A stretch of DNA of 64,000 nucleotides. Origin: Callorhinchus milii (taxonomy: Eukaryota). Numbering within the stretch: the first letter of the stretch is position 1; every line of letters starts with the position of its first letter. Both the position numbers and the translations under genes were made by a program. This document shows positions 13,681 to 26,590 of this stretch, in pieces. The stretch spans positions 6,138,001 through 6,202,000 of the forward strand of contig NW_024704756.1 of NCBI RefSeq assembly GCF_018977255.1. The letters run 5' to 3'. Under the pieces are notes generated by a model that searched no databases, was not told the origin of the DNA, and worked only from the letters and a program-made list of their open reading frames with translations.

Positions 13681-14006
13681 GGAGTCCTCAGTCCTGCGTT
13701 CAATTCCTGGCAGGGCAAAATGTTGGGCAAGTTTCCTTACCCCGTATGCCTCTGCTTACCTATCAATAAGTAGAAACCCAGTTGTTAAGTCGATTGGTGA
13801 ATCGCTTTTCCGGGGTAATAATTACTCCAAAAAAAATGATTAATTTGTCACTTTATTCCACGACTGTTTGTGGGACACTGCTGTGTGCCATTGGCTGCCC
13901 ACAAAACATACAGTCAATTCACTTTTCATTATATTCTGTGAAACGCTTTGAGGTGTCCCGAAGACGTGATAAGGCGCCATATCAAATGTAAGGATTATTA
14001 TCATTA
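13681..14006 (+). mobile_element. tRNA-derived SINE inserted into an L2 remnant (~13530-14150)
   Basis: ggagtcct head, ttgggcaagtttcctt body, tail atatcaaatgtaaggattatt. L2-like sequence resumes on both sides. Confidence 0.88.
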
Positions 14007-14399
14007 TCTTTCCCCCCATCTGACTTTACATGCAGCTTTGACTCTCATTTATGGTCATCTCTTCCTTCCCCTCTACATTGCTTGGCATCCAACAACTGTG
14101 AAGTGTAATATTATGTGAAGGACATTATATAAATGTAGATGATATTGTTGCAAACTAGATTACATTACAACCAACTCCATAGTATTGTACATGTTTCTAC
14201 GATATAGGACTGAGCACAAATATTTAAAATTTCAGTAAATTAGGTATGAATTAGAATGAAAAAAATGTTGAAAACTTTCTTGGAGCATTCCATGAGCCTT
14301 ATATTAAAAAAATCAGCAATATAGAAATAAACAAAAGCAGCATATGAAAATTTGAAGTAAAAATTGTAACTATAGAATTCCACAGCAGAACAAACAATC

Positions 14400-14720
14400 C
14401 AATAAAATTTGCATTTATATAATAATCCTTTCATTTGATATAGCGCTTTTCATGTCTTCTAAACGTCTCAAAGTGCATATTCGGAAGACTTCTCAAAGCG
14501 CTCGACACTTCTGGCTGATACCTGAGCTAGGAGTGGGAGTTGAAGGGGGTGGGGAGGAAGGAGATGCCCCAAAGTGCAGAATAGAGATGGACTTTGAATG
14601 AAGTGAGGGAGGGAGCAAGTCAGAGGGACTCAAAGAGAGTTCCAGAGGGCAGGGGCCGAATGGCAGAAAGCACATCCACTGATGGTGGGGTGGATAGGGC
14701 AGGGGATTTGAAGCAGGAGG
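14400..14720 (-). mobile_element. L2 3' end with a short SINE-tail insertion
   Basis: tttgcatttatat L2 tail, ataatcctttcatttgatatagcgc SINE tail, purine-rich L2 body. Confidence 0.65.
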
Positions 14721-14840
14721 ATTCAAACCCACATTTGAAAAAGAACGGTTAATGTTTCAAGCATGATCGTTCAATAGCTCAATGAGACATTAATTCTTTA
14801 ATTACAAATGTGGGGTCCAACATATTTGACCATAGTGTAC

Positions 14841-15225
14841 ATAACAATAATCCTTGCATTGCATTGATATAGCGCCTTATCACATCTTCAAGACATCTCA
14901 AAGCACTTCACACAATATACTGTAAAGTGAATTGACTGTATATTTTGTGGTGACGAAACTCGCAAAGCAGTGTTCCACCAATAGTCGTGGATTGAGTATG
15001 TCAGTGTCCATTGTGTAATTATTGCTCTGCGGACATGGAGCAATATGCCTTGCATGATAACCAGAAGCCCTGGATGTTCCATCTAATAGGAACTCCCTTC
15101 ACTTTTCAAATAGGGTCATAGGATTTCTTTTAATAAAACTGTTCACCTGAACAGTTAGACAGAAACAGTTAAACGTCATATCTGACAGGTAACACCTCCA
15201 AAAATAGAGCACTCCCCAGTACTGA
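14841..15225 (-). mobile_element. Deu-domain SINE
   Basis: Shared SINE tail at 14841-15000, then ttttcaaatagggtcataggat...gttaaacgtcatatctgacaggtaacacctcc...gcactccccagtact (Deu domain, reversed). Confidence 0.8.
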
Positions 15226-16385
15226 TACTCTTCCCATCCTTGGTGATATCCTTCAATGTGGACTTCAACTCTTAGTTATGAGTGCAACATTGCAGATTTA
15301 CAGCAAAATATGTAGTATCATTGTACACCATTGTAGTACAATACTTGAACCACTAGATGCTCTCAGCAAACAATATACAGTAAATGTAACTTGCAGTAGT
15401 ATGAAGCCAAAAACAAAGTTTAGAGATCCAACAGAATACACATACGATGCAAGTATTTGCCTACAAAATACAGTCACTACATATTACAGAAAATCATATG
15501 AACCATGTTGAAATGTCCTACTGATGTGAAAAGTGCTATATTAAATGCAACATAGGTTTGCCAAAAGTTGCATTGTGAAAATGTTTCCATCGTTTCATGA
15601 AAGATTTATTCAAGGAGAGATACAAGCCAAATAAGGTATTTTTTCAAAAGAATATTATTAACCTGTGTTCCAGTTTATTTTCTAAATTGGTATCCCTACT
15701 GGGATAAATATTGGCGAGAAGCCATCAGCTATATAAATATTGAACATTACAAAATCATCCACTTTCATTCCCAAGTCATTGACACATGGTACAGAATTGA
15801 AAGATTCAGTTTGATAGCACGTTCTAAGAAATCAAATAAGCCCGTACCAAAGTCCACAAAGGAAACTGTATTACCCAACGCTTCAATTATATTTCAGGGT
15901 ACTGCAGAACCTTTAGCTAGTGGGGTGCAATCCACTGCAACATAAACTGCATGTGCATTTTGTGACTCTTTTGTGAGCAATTCTGTCAAAATGACTAATG
16001 CAGACTTCATTTTCTGACCACACACCTTCCCATCACTTTGATGAAAGTCTGTTCAGGCCAGCAGTGCAAAAATCATCACTGATCTACACAGGTTTGTTCT
16101 TCCCGCTCCCACTAGAAGTGGGCAGAAAATCCAGCACTCATTGTCTCGGGAAGCTGCATGTTGTGTGTTTTGCTGCCACTGAATAAAATATAAATCCCAA
16201 TGATGGTTTAACCAATGCCAAAGCAGGTACTAAACAATGTATTGCTTGCATATCTAAATGAAAGTTCTCTGACTACTTTAATAAAATTGGTCAGTCATGC
16301 ACCTTCACACAAGCATTGTGGGATGAATTTGTAGCTGTATGCAAATCACATCTGCCAACTCAGTTCCTTTGAAGCACAAGTCCAC

Positions 16386-16585
16386 ACCACAAATGCATGT
16401 ATGAGGGTTTTGGTGGCCTGAAGTGTGAGACAGTGGCGGAGCTGGGCGATGTTGTGGAGGTGGGGGAAGGCAGAACGGGACATGGCACAGATGTGTGGTA
16501 GGAAGGATAGTTGAGAGTCAAACAAGACACCAAGGTTCTGGACTGGCTTAGTAAGGTGGAGTGTGCATCCTTGGATGGTGATGCT
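16386..16585 (-). mobile_element. L2 ORF2 fragment
   Basis: Translation LHLTKPVQNLGVLFDSQLSFLPHICAMSRSAFPHLHNIAQLRHCLT...TLIHAFV. Same family as 4735-5347. Confidence 0.9.
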
Positions 16586-17667
16586 CAAAGGCACCCTCAC
16601 TGGAAGGTTAACTCAAAAACAATTCCAGTTCTTCCCAGCACAGGAAGGTCTGGACAGTATCAAGCTCCCTTTAATACTAGCCAGAGAAAATCTAGCATTT
16701 CAGTGATATTCAAGTATCTGTGACTGTGTATGTTAGGACACCTTTTCTGTCAACAAGTCCAATTGAAACAGATCTAAAGATTGGCTGCAATCTGTGGCAC
16801 TCAATTCTATCTAAACTCCTGCTTCCTTTGGCTTCAAATGCATGAAGACTACAAGGTCAAAATTGTTCACAGCATAAAATAAATCTGTCACAGAATTCCC
16901 AACATTTCAAATCATCAATGAATTGCATCGGTCTCAGTAGTCCGTCTTTCTAAGACTTTGTTTTATTTATCACACTCCTACCACAATGTTTTCTTACTTC
17001 TTAGTACAGTTTCTTTTTGATGATTCTAACAGAACATATTCTGTTTTCAACTATATACAGCTACAATGGATCAGCAACTGGATCTTAGGTACTGTAGTCA
17101 AAAGGAGCCAAGCAGCTTGCCATTCAACAAAGTAGCAAGTATTGTCCATTAGAATTTTTTATATATATATGGGAACAATTTCAAATCATTAAGAAAGAAG
17201 CAATTGTATATAAATTAAGATGATTCACTTTCACAGTTCCAGATTCAGCAGCTGATGCAAGCATAACCCCGATTCTAAAAAATAGCTTCACTGTATTCCT
17301 GTTCTCTCTCTCCTAAAACATGCATCTTTGAAACAATTGCACAGATAGTAGAGTGTATTGTTTGGTGTCAGTTTAATTATAATGCAGGTCATTAAGAACA
17401 ACAAATGAAGTTTTAAGAATGATGAGCAAGTGTTTTGGCATGAATCATTCTCATTTTTTTCAGCATCTATGTCAAAAAGGGTTCCATGATGTCTCATGTA
17501 GCTGCTATAAATCCTACTTTTGAGAACTTTTGAGTGTAGAGCCTGGTGCTTTTGCTGAATCTTTCATGTGATTAATCGTCAAGACTGAATGATATAACTT
17601 ATCTCTGACCCAGAGGCGAGAATGCTACTTGAACCAGGCTAAAACTCATTTACTGAACCAGATAACA

Positions 17668-18010
17668 TAACAACAACAAACAACAGCTTGGACTGATACA
17701 GCACCCTCCACACAGGGTAGCAGCTAAGAGCGCTTAACAGTGGCGGAGCTGGGGGGGGGGGGGGAGGGGGGGGGAGTGGAAGGTGGCTGTAAACACGGTC
17801 GAAGAAAGGTGTTCACGCAGAAATTGAAAAGGGGGAGAGAGGAAAGGCGGGGGGAGGGTGTTCCAGAGTTTCGGGGCGTAGTGGCTGAAAGCGGACCTCC
17901 GATGTTGGGGCAGAGGGTGCCAGGTACAAGCAGACTGGTGGCAGTCGATCAGAGGCGCCAGGTGGTGGATTTGGAATTGAGGAGGTCGGAGAGGTAGGAA
18001 AGTGCCAGAG
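17668..18010 (-). mobile_element. L2 3' end
   Basis: (CAA)n tail. Translation RSAFSHYAPKLWNTLP is an L2 ORF2 terminal motif. Confidence 0.85.
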
Positions 18011-18019
18011 TGTGAAGGG

Positions 18020-18379
18020 AATAATAAGCATTCTTGCATTTGATATAGCACCTCATCATGTCTTCAAGATGTCTCAAAGCCCTTCACAGAATATACTGTA
18101 AAGTGAATTGACTGTATATTTTGTGGGTGAAACGCGGAAGCCAATTGCGGCCAGCAGTGTACCCCAAACAATCGTGGATTGAGTGATCAATTTAGTATTA
18201 TTTTTAAGGAATTATTATCCCCGGAAAAGCGATCCGCTAATCGACTAACAACTGGGTTGCTGCTTACTCCTAGGTAAACGTGTCGAGTAAGAAAACTTGC
18301 CCAGTATTCGCCCTGCCAGGAATCAAACCCAGGTCTCTTGCTTGCAAGGAGTGCTCTAACCACTGAGCTACAGGACTCC
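18020..18379 (-). mobile_element. Near full-length tRNA-derived SINE
   Basis: Minus-strand head GGAGTCCTGTAGCTCAGTGGTTAGAGCACTCCTTGCAAGCAAGAGACCTGGGTTTGATTCC has A and B boxes and a TGC anticodon-like loop. Shared body and tail. Confidence 0.92.
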
Positions 18380-19269
18380 ACAATCATGTATATACTTCTG
18401 TATGGGAATCTATTCCATGACCAATCACCTGAGAATATGCTCAAATATGAAACCAGACAAACACTACACATTATTGTTTCAACTGTCAAACAGCATAGAC
18501 GTCCCTATAACTTCTATTCACTTTTAGCTTTGAACTCTATAATCTATTAAAATTGACTGAAATTAAGTCATATGCCATTAGAAGCAACAAACTTGCATTT
18601 ACAATAAAAACAATTTACATAGCGGCTTTCACATTGAGATCATCTTAAAGTGCTCGACAATGCCGGATAGGCACCTGAGCTTGGGGTGAGAGCCTGTAGG
18701 GGTTTGGGAGGTTAAAGATGACCGATAGTACAGGCAACAAAGTAAAACTTGAAATGTGCCTTCAACAAAGGGAGGATGCAAGTGAAAATTTACTATAAGA
18801 GACAGCTGTTATGTTTTTCTCCAGGATTTAACATGTAAGATGGTAATGAACAACCTGAGTATTTTAAGCAAAGCTGCAATTTATGTAGCAGGGCCAACAG
18901 AAGCAGCCCCCGCACCCCACCCCCCCAAATATTTGCACAAGTCTAGTAACCCTACTCCACCGCTAAAACAGTAACCATTAATACTATTTCTGGCTTAAAT
19001 AAATGAAGCAGATAGTTACTAAATTTGTTTATCAGTTTTGTGGGAATTTATAATTTCAATCATCTGAGTTGTTCAGTTCCTCTTCACATCAGCTTTTGAA
19101 CATTGTTTTCAGAAAGAACAACATGTTCATTTCAACATTGGGCAATGACCGGGGCCAATACAAAAGCATGGAAATATTATGGGGTTGACTGGTGCTACTG
19201 AGGTACATTTTACCACCAACTTTAATTTTTTTACTTTATTAATAAAAATTAAACAGGAGGAAATAACAC

Positions 19270-19960
19270 ATTAGTTTCTTGCAAAGCATTTTTATTAAAT
19301 CTCTTCTTTAACACAAACTGGGTGGCTCATTGGGGGGGGGGGGGGGAAGAAGATGGGACACCAGTGCAGACACTCAGGACCATTACCCTGACTATGGGGC
19401 TACAGGAGCTCACAACCTCCTGCCTCTCAGGGTCCAACACCACACACAGAGAGAGAGACACACACACACAGACACATACTCAGAGAGAGAGACGCACACA
19501 AACGCACTAATACAGAGACACTCACAAACACATAGAGAAGCACACAGACATACTCATACAATCACAACAGCGGAACCTCCAAGTGGACCAAAGCCCATTT
19601 GCTATTCTGCCGCACCGTGTACGCGCGTCTGGAGCTGCTCCGCCAACAGTAGCGTAGGCTCGTTCCTCCCAGGTCCACGTCACCACCTTGTTCAGGGTGT
19701 CTCTAGTTGTTAGTATTGGTGCCTGGTCTCTCACTGGTCCATCGCGTTGCTTCAAGCTGCCTCATCCACAGTAGCAGAGGGTAAACAGCCAGCAGAGGCC
19801 TGTGCCAGAAACTTCATTTTTGGCGGGCTTATAGCAGAGTCGCTGTTTATAGTGCCTGCGCTGTTTATTGCGGCCACATGCTTCTATTGGCCCAGGCAAT
19901 GAACTTAGACCCCAAAACTCCCAGCACAGATTATCAAAGCCAAAGATCACAATAACCAGG
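19270..19960 (-). mobile_element. Possible L1/Tx1-like retroelement 3' remnant containing a (CA/GA) microsatellite
   Basis: GC/CpG-richer block. Peptide RDTLNKVVTWTWEE loosely resembles L1 ORF2 C-termini. Ends in AATAAA...gcaagaaa on the minus strand. Confidence 0.35.
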
Positions 19961-22180
19961 AATTAGGATGTCATGGAACTACCCTCCAATTTGGAAGTTT
20001 GGTTTTCAAAAAAAAGTTAGATACAACTGATTTTAACACCACTGGATTTTGGGTTGGGGAAGAAAGAAGTCAGACATGTTGCTTAGTATTGATTCCCATC
20101 CACTGGAAAATGAGTCTGGGGTGGTGGACGGGGAATGAAGATAAGCGCAGCTGAAGAGGTAAATGTTTTAGGCAGAACTTCAAGACAGAGGGGCGAGACA
20201 GAGTGAGTTGCAAAGGCAATAGATGTAGAGGCTGGTGAACAGGAATGTGGTAAGAGATCACAGAGATAGGCGGTGCGAGTGTGTGAAAGAATTTAGTTCA
20301 GCTAGAGCTTATATATGATGGCAGTCGGAAGACTGGTGAGGAACTGTGTTGAAAAGTAGTCCTCAAGTAACAAACGTATGAATAAATTCCATAACATTTA
20401 CAATTCACAAGAATCTAGTATTTCAAAGCTGCTCTGTAATTCTTACTCATTCTACCACTCATGCTATGAATCATTATCAGTAGATGAATCATGCCCTTGC
20501 AAACTCAAGTTATGCCATTTCCTGATTAAGAAAACCAGTTACAAACAGATACAATAGGCAGCATTAACCTTATATTTAAACTAGCTGTATTAAGTTAGCC
20601 TTACACTGATTGTATTTATTGTTAAAACTATGCACAGAGAATAGCAATTTTCTATTACAAACAGTGCAATTACATTATTACAAACTGAGTTCCCCTTGAA
20701 GTTGAATTCTGCTTGCATTATAAAGTCAATGTTATAATGCAGTCCATTTAAATATTTTTTATAGTACTGGTGGTGTACATTGGGTGACTGTCAATTTAAT
20801 GTCTCAACCAATAGAGTGCCCTTCCAGCAAATCAGGTGCATCCCCAGCATTGCATTGAAGTTTCAGCTGAGAATATGAGCTCAAAGTCCCAACTTCTGAC
20901 TCAGATGCAAGAATACTATCACTTGAGCCAGACCTAAAACGATTATCCCATTTTCACAAAGATTGAAGTGTAAAATTAAAAAAAGAAAATTTTTCAAATC
21001 CCTGTTGAGAAAGAATTTTTGAAAGCATCTACTGATTCTAAAACCTTTCAAAATTAAACTTGAACCAAATTGACTGAAAGGCTTAAAAACTCAATTTGTT
21101 ACTGTGGGGCTTTTCAGGAGCTAAAGCTTTACTTTGTTCTGAATAGGTCAAACCACAGGAAGAGAATTTGGTTCATCGACACCATGGTTAAGTATCAACA
21201 TTACCGCTTCTTGGATCAGCCACTGTGGCAAATGTAAGGCATATGTATGACAGTTTCACTTCTACAAGATAATTAATCTAAAATATTATGTGGCTAAAAC
21301 AAAAATGCAGTTATATTTTGACTAAACATTTTAAATTATTCACTGTTTTCATATGGGCTTGTTTATTAGTTTTTATTTATGGTTCGTTTACACTTCCCTT
21401 CTTACAATTTTCTGAATTGCATCTGAAATAAAGTTCTGCGCATCAGCCAACAGATCAAGACATTTCTTGCGATTCAATGCAGTAGGCCAGTAAATGCACC
21501 TGTCAGGATGTCATTTCCGGCGATTTAAGGCAGCCGATAAGTGCTGGAGTAATGAAGGACAGTGGAAAAGCTAATACTAGTCCAAATAAGTCAAAGTGTT
21601 TTGATAGAACCCTGAACGGGAATGTGCAATTTAGGCGATTGTACAATTTATAAAGATAAAACTTATGTGAGTCGTACTGTACTATTAAAAGGTTGTGAAA
21701 AAAGGTACCGATACCCAAATAAGACACACAGTATTAGTGAATAATGACTTATTCAATGTAAACTCAAGTTAACCATTATGGAGTCTTTGCTGTATCCATA
21801 ACTATACTACTATTCTCAAGATTTAAACTATAATATTACATGTACATGCTATTTCTTCAAGTCACACAGGTATTTCACAATAACCAATCATTTTTGGACA
21901 TTTAACAAGTACCCAATTCTACAGAGCAAAACACACTACAAATATGGTTGACATGCTCAAAAGATCAAGCCAACCACTGATATGGCTAAATAATCAATCA
22001 TTATTTATTTTCTGGGTTTAACTTATGCAAACAGCCTTCTGTGGACTCTTAAACTTGACAATTTCTTCACTATTATTCGTGTTCCAAGGGCACTGATATA
22101 GGGAATTATTTTCTACAGTCACAGACTAGGCTCTTCTCACAATAAAAAAATCAATTTACCAGCAGAGTCTGCACTCTTTA

Positions 22181-22667
22181 GAATAAAGTTATTATGTTAG
22201 GAACAGTGTTTGGAAATACAGAAATGTGTGATGCATTTTTGATACTTCCAATAATGTATTTTTTGAAAATTGTGGGTTAGTATACCCAGATATTATTCAC
22301 TTAACAGTTCATGATACAGTATTTACACTTTCTCATTTGAACTCCAATTAAAAGTATGCAGAAAAAACAGCCTTGCAAGTTAGTGATTCATTGAGAAGTA
22401 CAATTGTTTACCTAAGTGAGTCTGCTGCATGATTACAATTCACACAAATTCATGGAGTAACATTTTAGCAAGTGCTGCACTGAAACAACAGAAAATGTTC
22501 AAACATTTTGATGCAATGAAACATTTTTTGTAGATTAATTTTAATTGAGGAAATTCCAACTACAAACGCCAGAATTAAAGAGTTGAAATGTATTATTGGA
22601 AGTATCAAAAATGCATCAGGCATTTCTGCATTTCCAAATACTGTTCCTTACATAATAACTTTCATTC
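22181..22667. repeat. Diverged ~80-bp inverted repeat (22181-22261 / ~22586-22667)
   Basis: aaagttattatgttaggaacagtgtttggaaatacagaaatgtgtgatgcatttttgatacttccaataat pairs with attattggaagtatcaaaaatgcatcaggcatttctgcatttccaaatactgttccttacataataacttt. Confidence 0.92.
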
Positions 22668-23109
22668 CAGATATTCTGAGGCTAAAAATAGAACACTCAT
22701 GCAAAAACAGTAAAAATGCTCACTTTAACCTCGGAAATACCAGTGAGGATACCAACATACACTATGCGCTTGCTATTCAGTCAATGAAATCCATTCCTGT
22801 ATCTATTTACAAGGGATTAATTACAAAATAATATTGAATTGGAACCAATTAGAATTATAAAAATTCAAAAATTAAGATCAATCCCAGATTGCTACACCAC
22901 TTTGAATGTTAACCGTAAGCAAAATCCTGTCTTGCTGGTTTAATGCCAACTGAAGTTGGTTATGGTCAACTGGAGCATGAATAACAACAGGCTCTGACCA
23001 CCTGCCCCTCCTAATTTAGTTTTGTACTATACATCTATACATGTCGATACAAAAAACATTACACTAAGCTTTGGAAGAAACACATTTCATGTTATTGTAT
23101 TTTATATTG

Positions 23110-23470
23110 TTCTGGTCAGGTGTCTGACACATATGGAAACCCATCACTTAGCTTAAAAGCAGTAAAATCAAGAGTTTTGCATATGCATGCGACTTAACAT
23201 ACGTAAATTTCCTTGTGCCTGAAATATGCACTCCCTCCCTGGAAGAATGCACCTTGCTTACTCAGATTAGAGAGTATTGGGCACGATTGTAAGCTTGGGG
23301 ATGCCAGAGTACGTAGCAGAGTACTTCTGGAGTTGTACTTGCTAAAACTGCATAGCTTGCCACTGACAGCACTGTCTGTCAAACTTCCCACTGCTCATTC
23401 AGCTAGGATCACCTTACCGATTGGAGCTTTGACTTGCAAAGTTTATAGGAGGGCTCAAGCGAGCTCCTGA
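23110..23470 (-). mobile_element. Unclassified A-tailed retroposon family, diverged copy
   Basis: Aligns by eye with 26591-26950 (gcactccctccctggaagaatgcacc, gctaaaactgcatagcttgcca, agctaggatcacctt). Confidence 0.8.
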
Positions 23471-24039
23471 CAAGTTTTATATAGCTTTCAAAACCATTAA
23501 TTTAGGTATCAGAAGATCTTGCCCCAGTCTTGAGAACAATTTATCAAATTTGCTGCTTCTGAACACAGAACCCGTAGTCTCCCCAACTGAAGTATAAAAT
23601 GCAGATTAAACAAGATATCGAGCCCATTATGAGCCAAGTATACTCATTTGACATGTAAAACATTTCTGTACAAAAATAATTATAGGTCCCTTCATTCTAA
23701 TTAACCAAGACCATATTAATTTTATAATTAAAACCAATCCTTTTTATTAATTACATAATGAAGGGAACCTGTCATTCCCTCTGTAAACTTGGAATACTAC
23801 AACTGTGTTTACAAATGGTGCATAATAAAACCCAACCAAAAATATTTCATAACAGAGTAAGACTTCAGAGTAACACTCTGAAAATCAAAAGTCCAAATTT
23901 GGCATTCAGAACAAAGTTTTTCAAATTCCTTCCACTAAATTAGGTGGAACATGTTTTCTAGTGTGCAACACAAAACATAAATAAAATCAGCATTACATTA
24001 TGATGACTAATTGAGTTTAAAATTTCTTAATTGCATTTC

Positions 24040-24340
24040 GGAGTCCTGTAGCATAGTGATTAGAGCGCTTGCTTTGCAAGCAAGAGAACCCGAGCAGGGC
24101 GAAACCTTAGGCAAGTTCATTTACACCTCACAGCTTTGTTTACCCAGCAGTAAGTAGGAATCCGCTTGTTGGTCGATTGGCGGATCGCTTCCCAGAGGTA
24201 ATAATCCCTCCAAAAAATAATAATATGGTCACTCAATCCACGACTGCTTGTGGACCCACAAATATAGTCAACACTTTACAGTATATAGACGTCTAAATTA
24301 AGTGCTAAGGCATTATATCAAATGCAAGAATTATTATTTA
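24040..24340 (+). mobile_element. tRNA-derived SINE
   Basis: Head ggagtcctgtagcatagtgattagagcgcttgctttgcaagc. Tail tatatcaaatgcaagaattattattat. Confidence 0.9.
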
Positions 24341-25734
24341 TCACATTCCCTATGACTGTACTAGTAGTACTTTCCTCAAATTGATTACATTAGAATGGAG
24401 CAGTGAACAAGTGCACATACACACATTATTACATGAACTATCTAGGATGCACACAAGCCATTCATTCTGGCTATAGCAACTGGAGCTAATCTGAACATTT
24501 ATTGGATCATGCTTAATTCAGACTAAGACAAACACAAAAAGGAATTACATTATCCAGATTAATTATATAACTCGTCTGGTTTATTTATTGCTTGAATGAA
24601 TTAATATCACGGAAGAAAAATGTTTACATTGTATTTACATCACTTGTCCAAGTCCTTTATACAATAGGTGAACGCACAAATATGGAAGCAAAAGCAGTGC
24701 CAATATTAGTACCAGAAAACCCATTCTCATTTTGCTTGCCCTTATACGAAATACCACAATATCACAGGCCTGGAACCAACATTTCAGTAACAAGTAAGAA
24801 GTTTTTAAAAAGACTATACACTGTACTATCCGCAAGCTGTAATTACAGAATTTAAGCTTGTAATTTTAATATTCACAACTAGATCTAAATTTTTCAATGT
24901 TTGAATATTTGTTTTGTGATTTGTACTAAGCAATACAAATTGTCAAGAAAAATGTTCTGAACTTTAAAGTATTCTTGCTTTACAAGGTCATTTTAAAAAG
25001 CAGCACTCAATACCAACAGATTACTGTAGTTCGGAGTGCAGTTCACCAAACCATAAACAAGTTGACCCTGTTATAAGGCAGCTCCGAAGAACTCAAGTTT
25101 GCTTCCAACCCAGATCTCCTGTGGCCCTGCAACTATCAGTCGTGCAGTACATTTTCAGCTTCCAGAAGCTAGAAGTAACACCAGCATTAACCCAATGACT
25201 CAGAAGTGGGACTAGCGGCCAATGTTTTCGTGGACGTATTATATTGCTGTGTCAAATATTATCGATCGATCTTGTAAAGTCACTTATCACTGCACAACAT
25301 GAAAATGAGTCACATAAAACTGAACAATTCAACAGATATTAAATACAAAACATCCCAGTATAATACCTTTGGAACCCCTTCTTCTATACATTTTTAAACC
25401 TTGCCTAAAAATTTACCTAAGACTACAGTAATAATTTTACTAAGTAGAATACAAAAAAGAATATTTAGAGAGAGACCGGCCCATTGGGACCAGCCCCAAT
25501 GTTGTGGATATAAAATGTTCAAGACATTGGATCATCAAGTGAAATACAAACATACAGCTCTAACCAAACAAGTCTTCCAACAGGAGTTACACCGGGCTTG
25601 TAGAAACACACAATGACATGGTTTCTCTCCATCTCAGTCTGCAACTGTATGTGTGGGTGCACTCAGTAGCCCTAGTGCAGAGGTGGACACAGTTACCTGT
25701 GAGCAGATATGCTGCACTCGCCTGTATTTTACAT

Positions 25735-26000
25735 AATAATAATAATCCTCGCATTTGATATATCACCTTATCATATTCTTGAGATGTCTCAAAGCACTTC
25801 ACAGAAGTTATTGCGTGTAGAATTATTGTGTAAAGTGGATTGACTGTATTTTGTGGGTGAAATGCGGCAGCCAATTGTGCCACAGCAGTGTCCCACAAAC
25901 AGTCGTGGATTGAGTGACCAATTTTGGGGGGGGGATTTTTACTCTGGAAATATGTTAGCCAATTGACCAGGTTCCTACTTGCTACTCAGTAAACACAGGC
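25735..26000 (-). mobile_element. SINE, 5'-truncated
   Basis: (AAT)n tail followed by cctcgcatttgatat...gcggcagccaattg...gtcgtggattgagtgacc. Confidence 0.88.
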
Positions 26001-26590
26001 TAGGAAAATATGATGTTATCATATCAAAATAACTAAAAGCATTTTATACTGTACATTTTTTGAAGCATCTTGCAGGCTGTGTAGAAAATCACAGTACCAA
26101 CAATCCATAAATGGCAAAAGCACGGTCTACTTTGGCAATATTGCCAAATTGATCAATTGATAATATCAATCAATGGTCAGAAAACGCTTGTCAAAGAATG
26201 AAGAAGAGTGTTAGTTGTGTTACTTGGCTGATTTGGGGAAACTTAAGAGTGGAGGGTGTCACTCAGGTTCAAATATGGAATAGCTTTGATGCCATCTCCA
26301 CAGATATTTCCATTAGCCAAATTGTCCCAACTACTGAAATGGTAGATTTAATACATTTAATCCGCATTCCTACACTTTAAGTCTTGTCAACTTTGAGATG
26401 TCTGAACAACATAAGGTGCTGATATCAAGTGCAAGAAATATTAAATTCAAAGTGAATATTTCATACTTGCAACTCATTGTATGAAAATAAATAAGTCATT
26501 TAAAATAACACTTTTTTTAAACAACAAGGTACTTTATATCAAACTTAAATTTCATCACCTTCATGAAACTTTATGATTAATCAATTTTCA

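Noticed and set aside
18300-18379. tRNA-Ala(TGC)-like sequence (also at 24040 and 35820-35891)
   Set aside because: No proper acceptor stem, and each runs directly into a SINE body. These are SINE heads, not tRNA genes.
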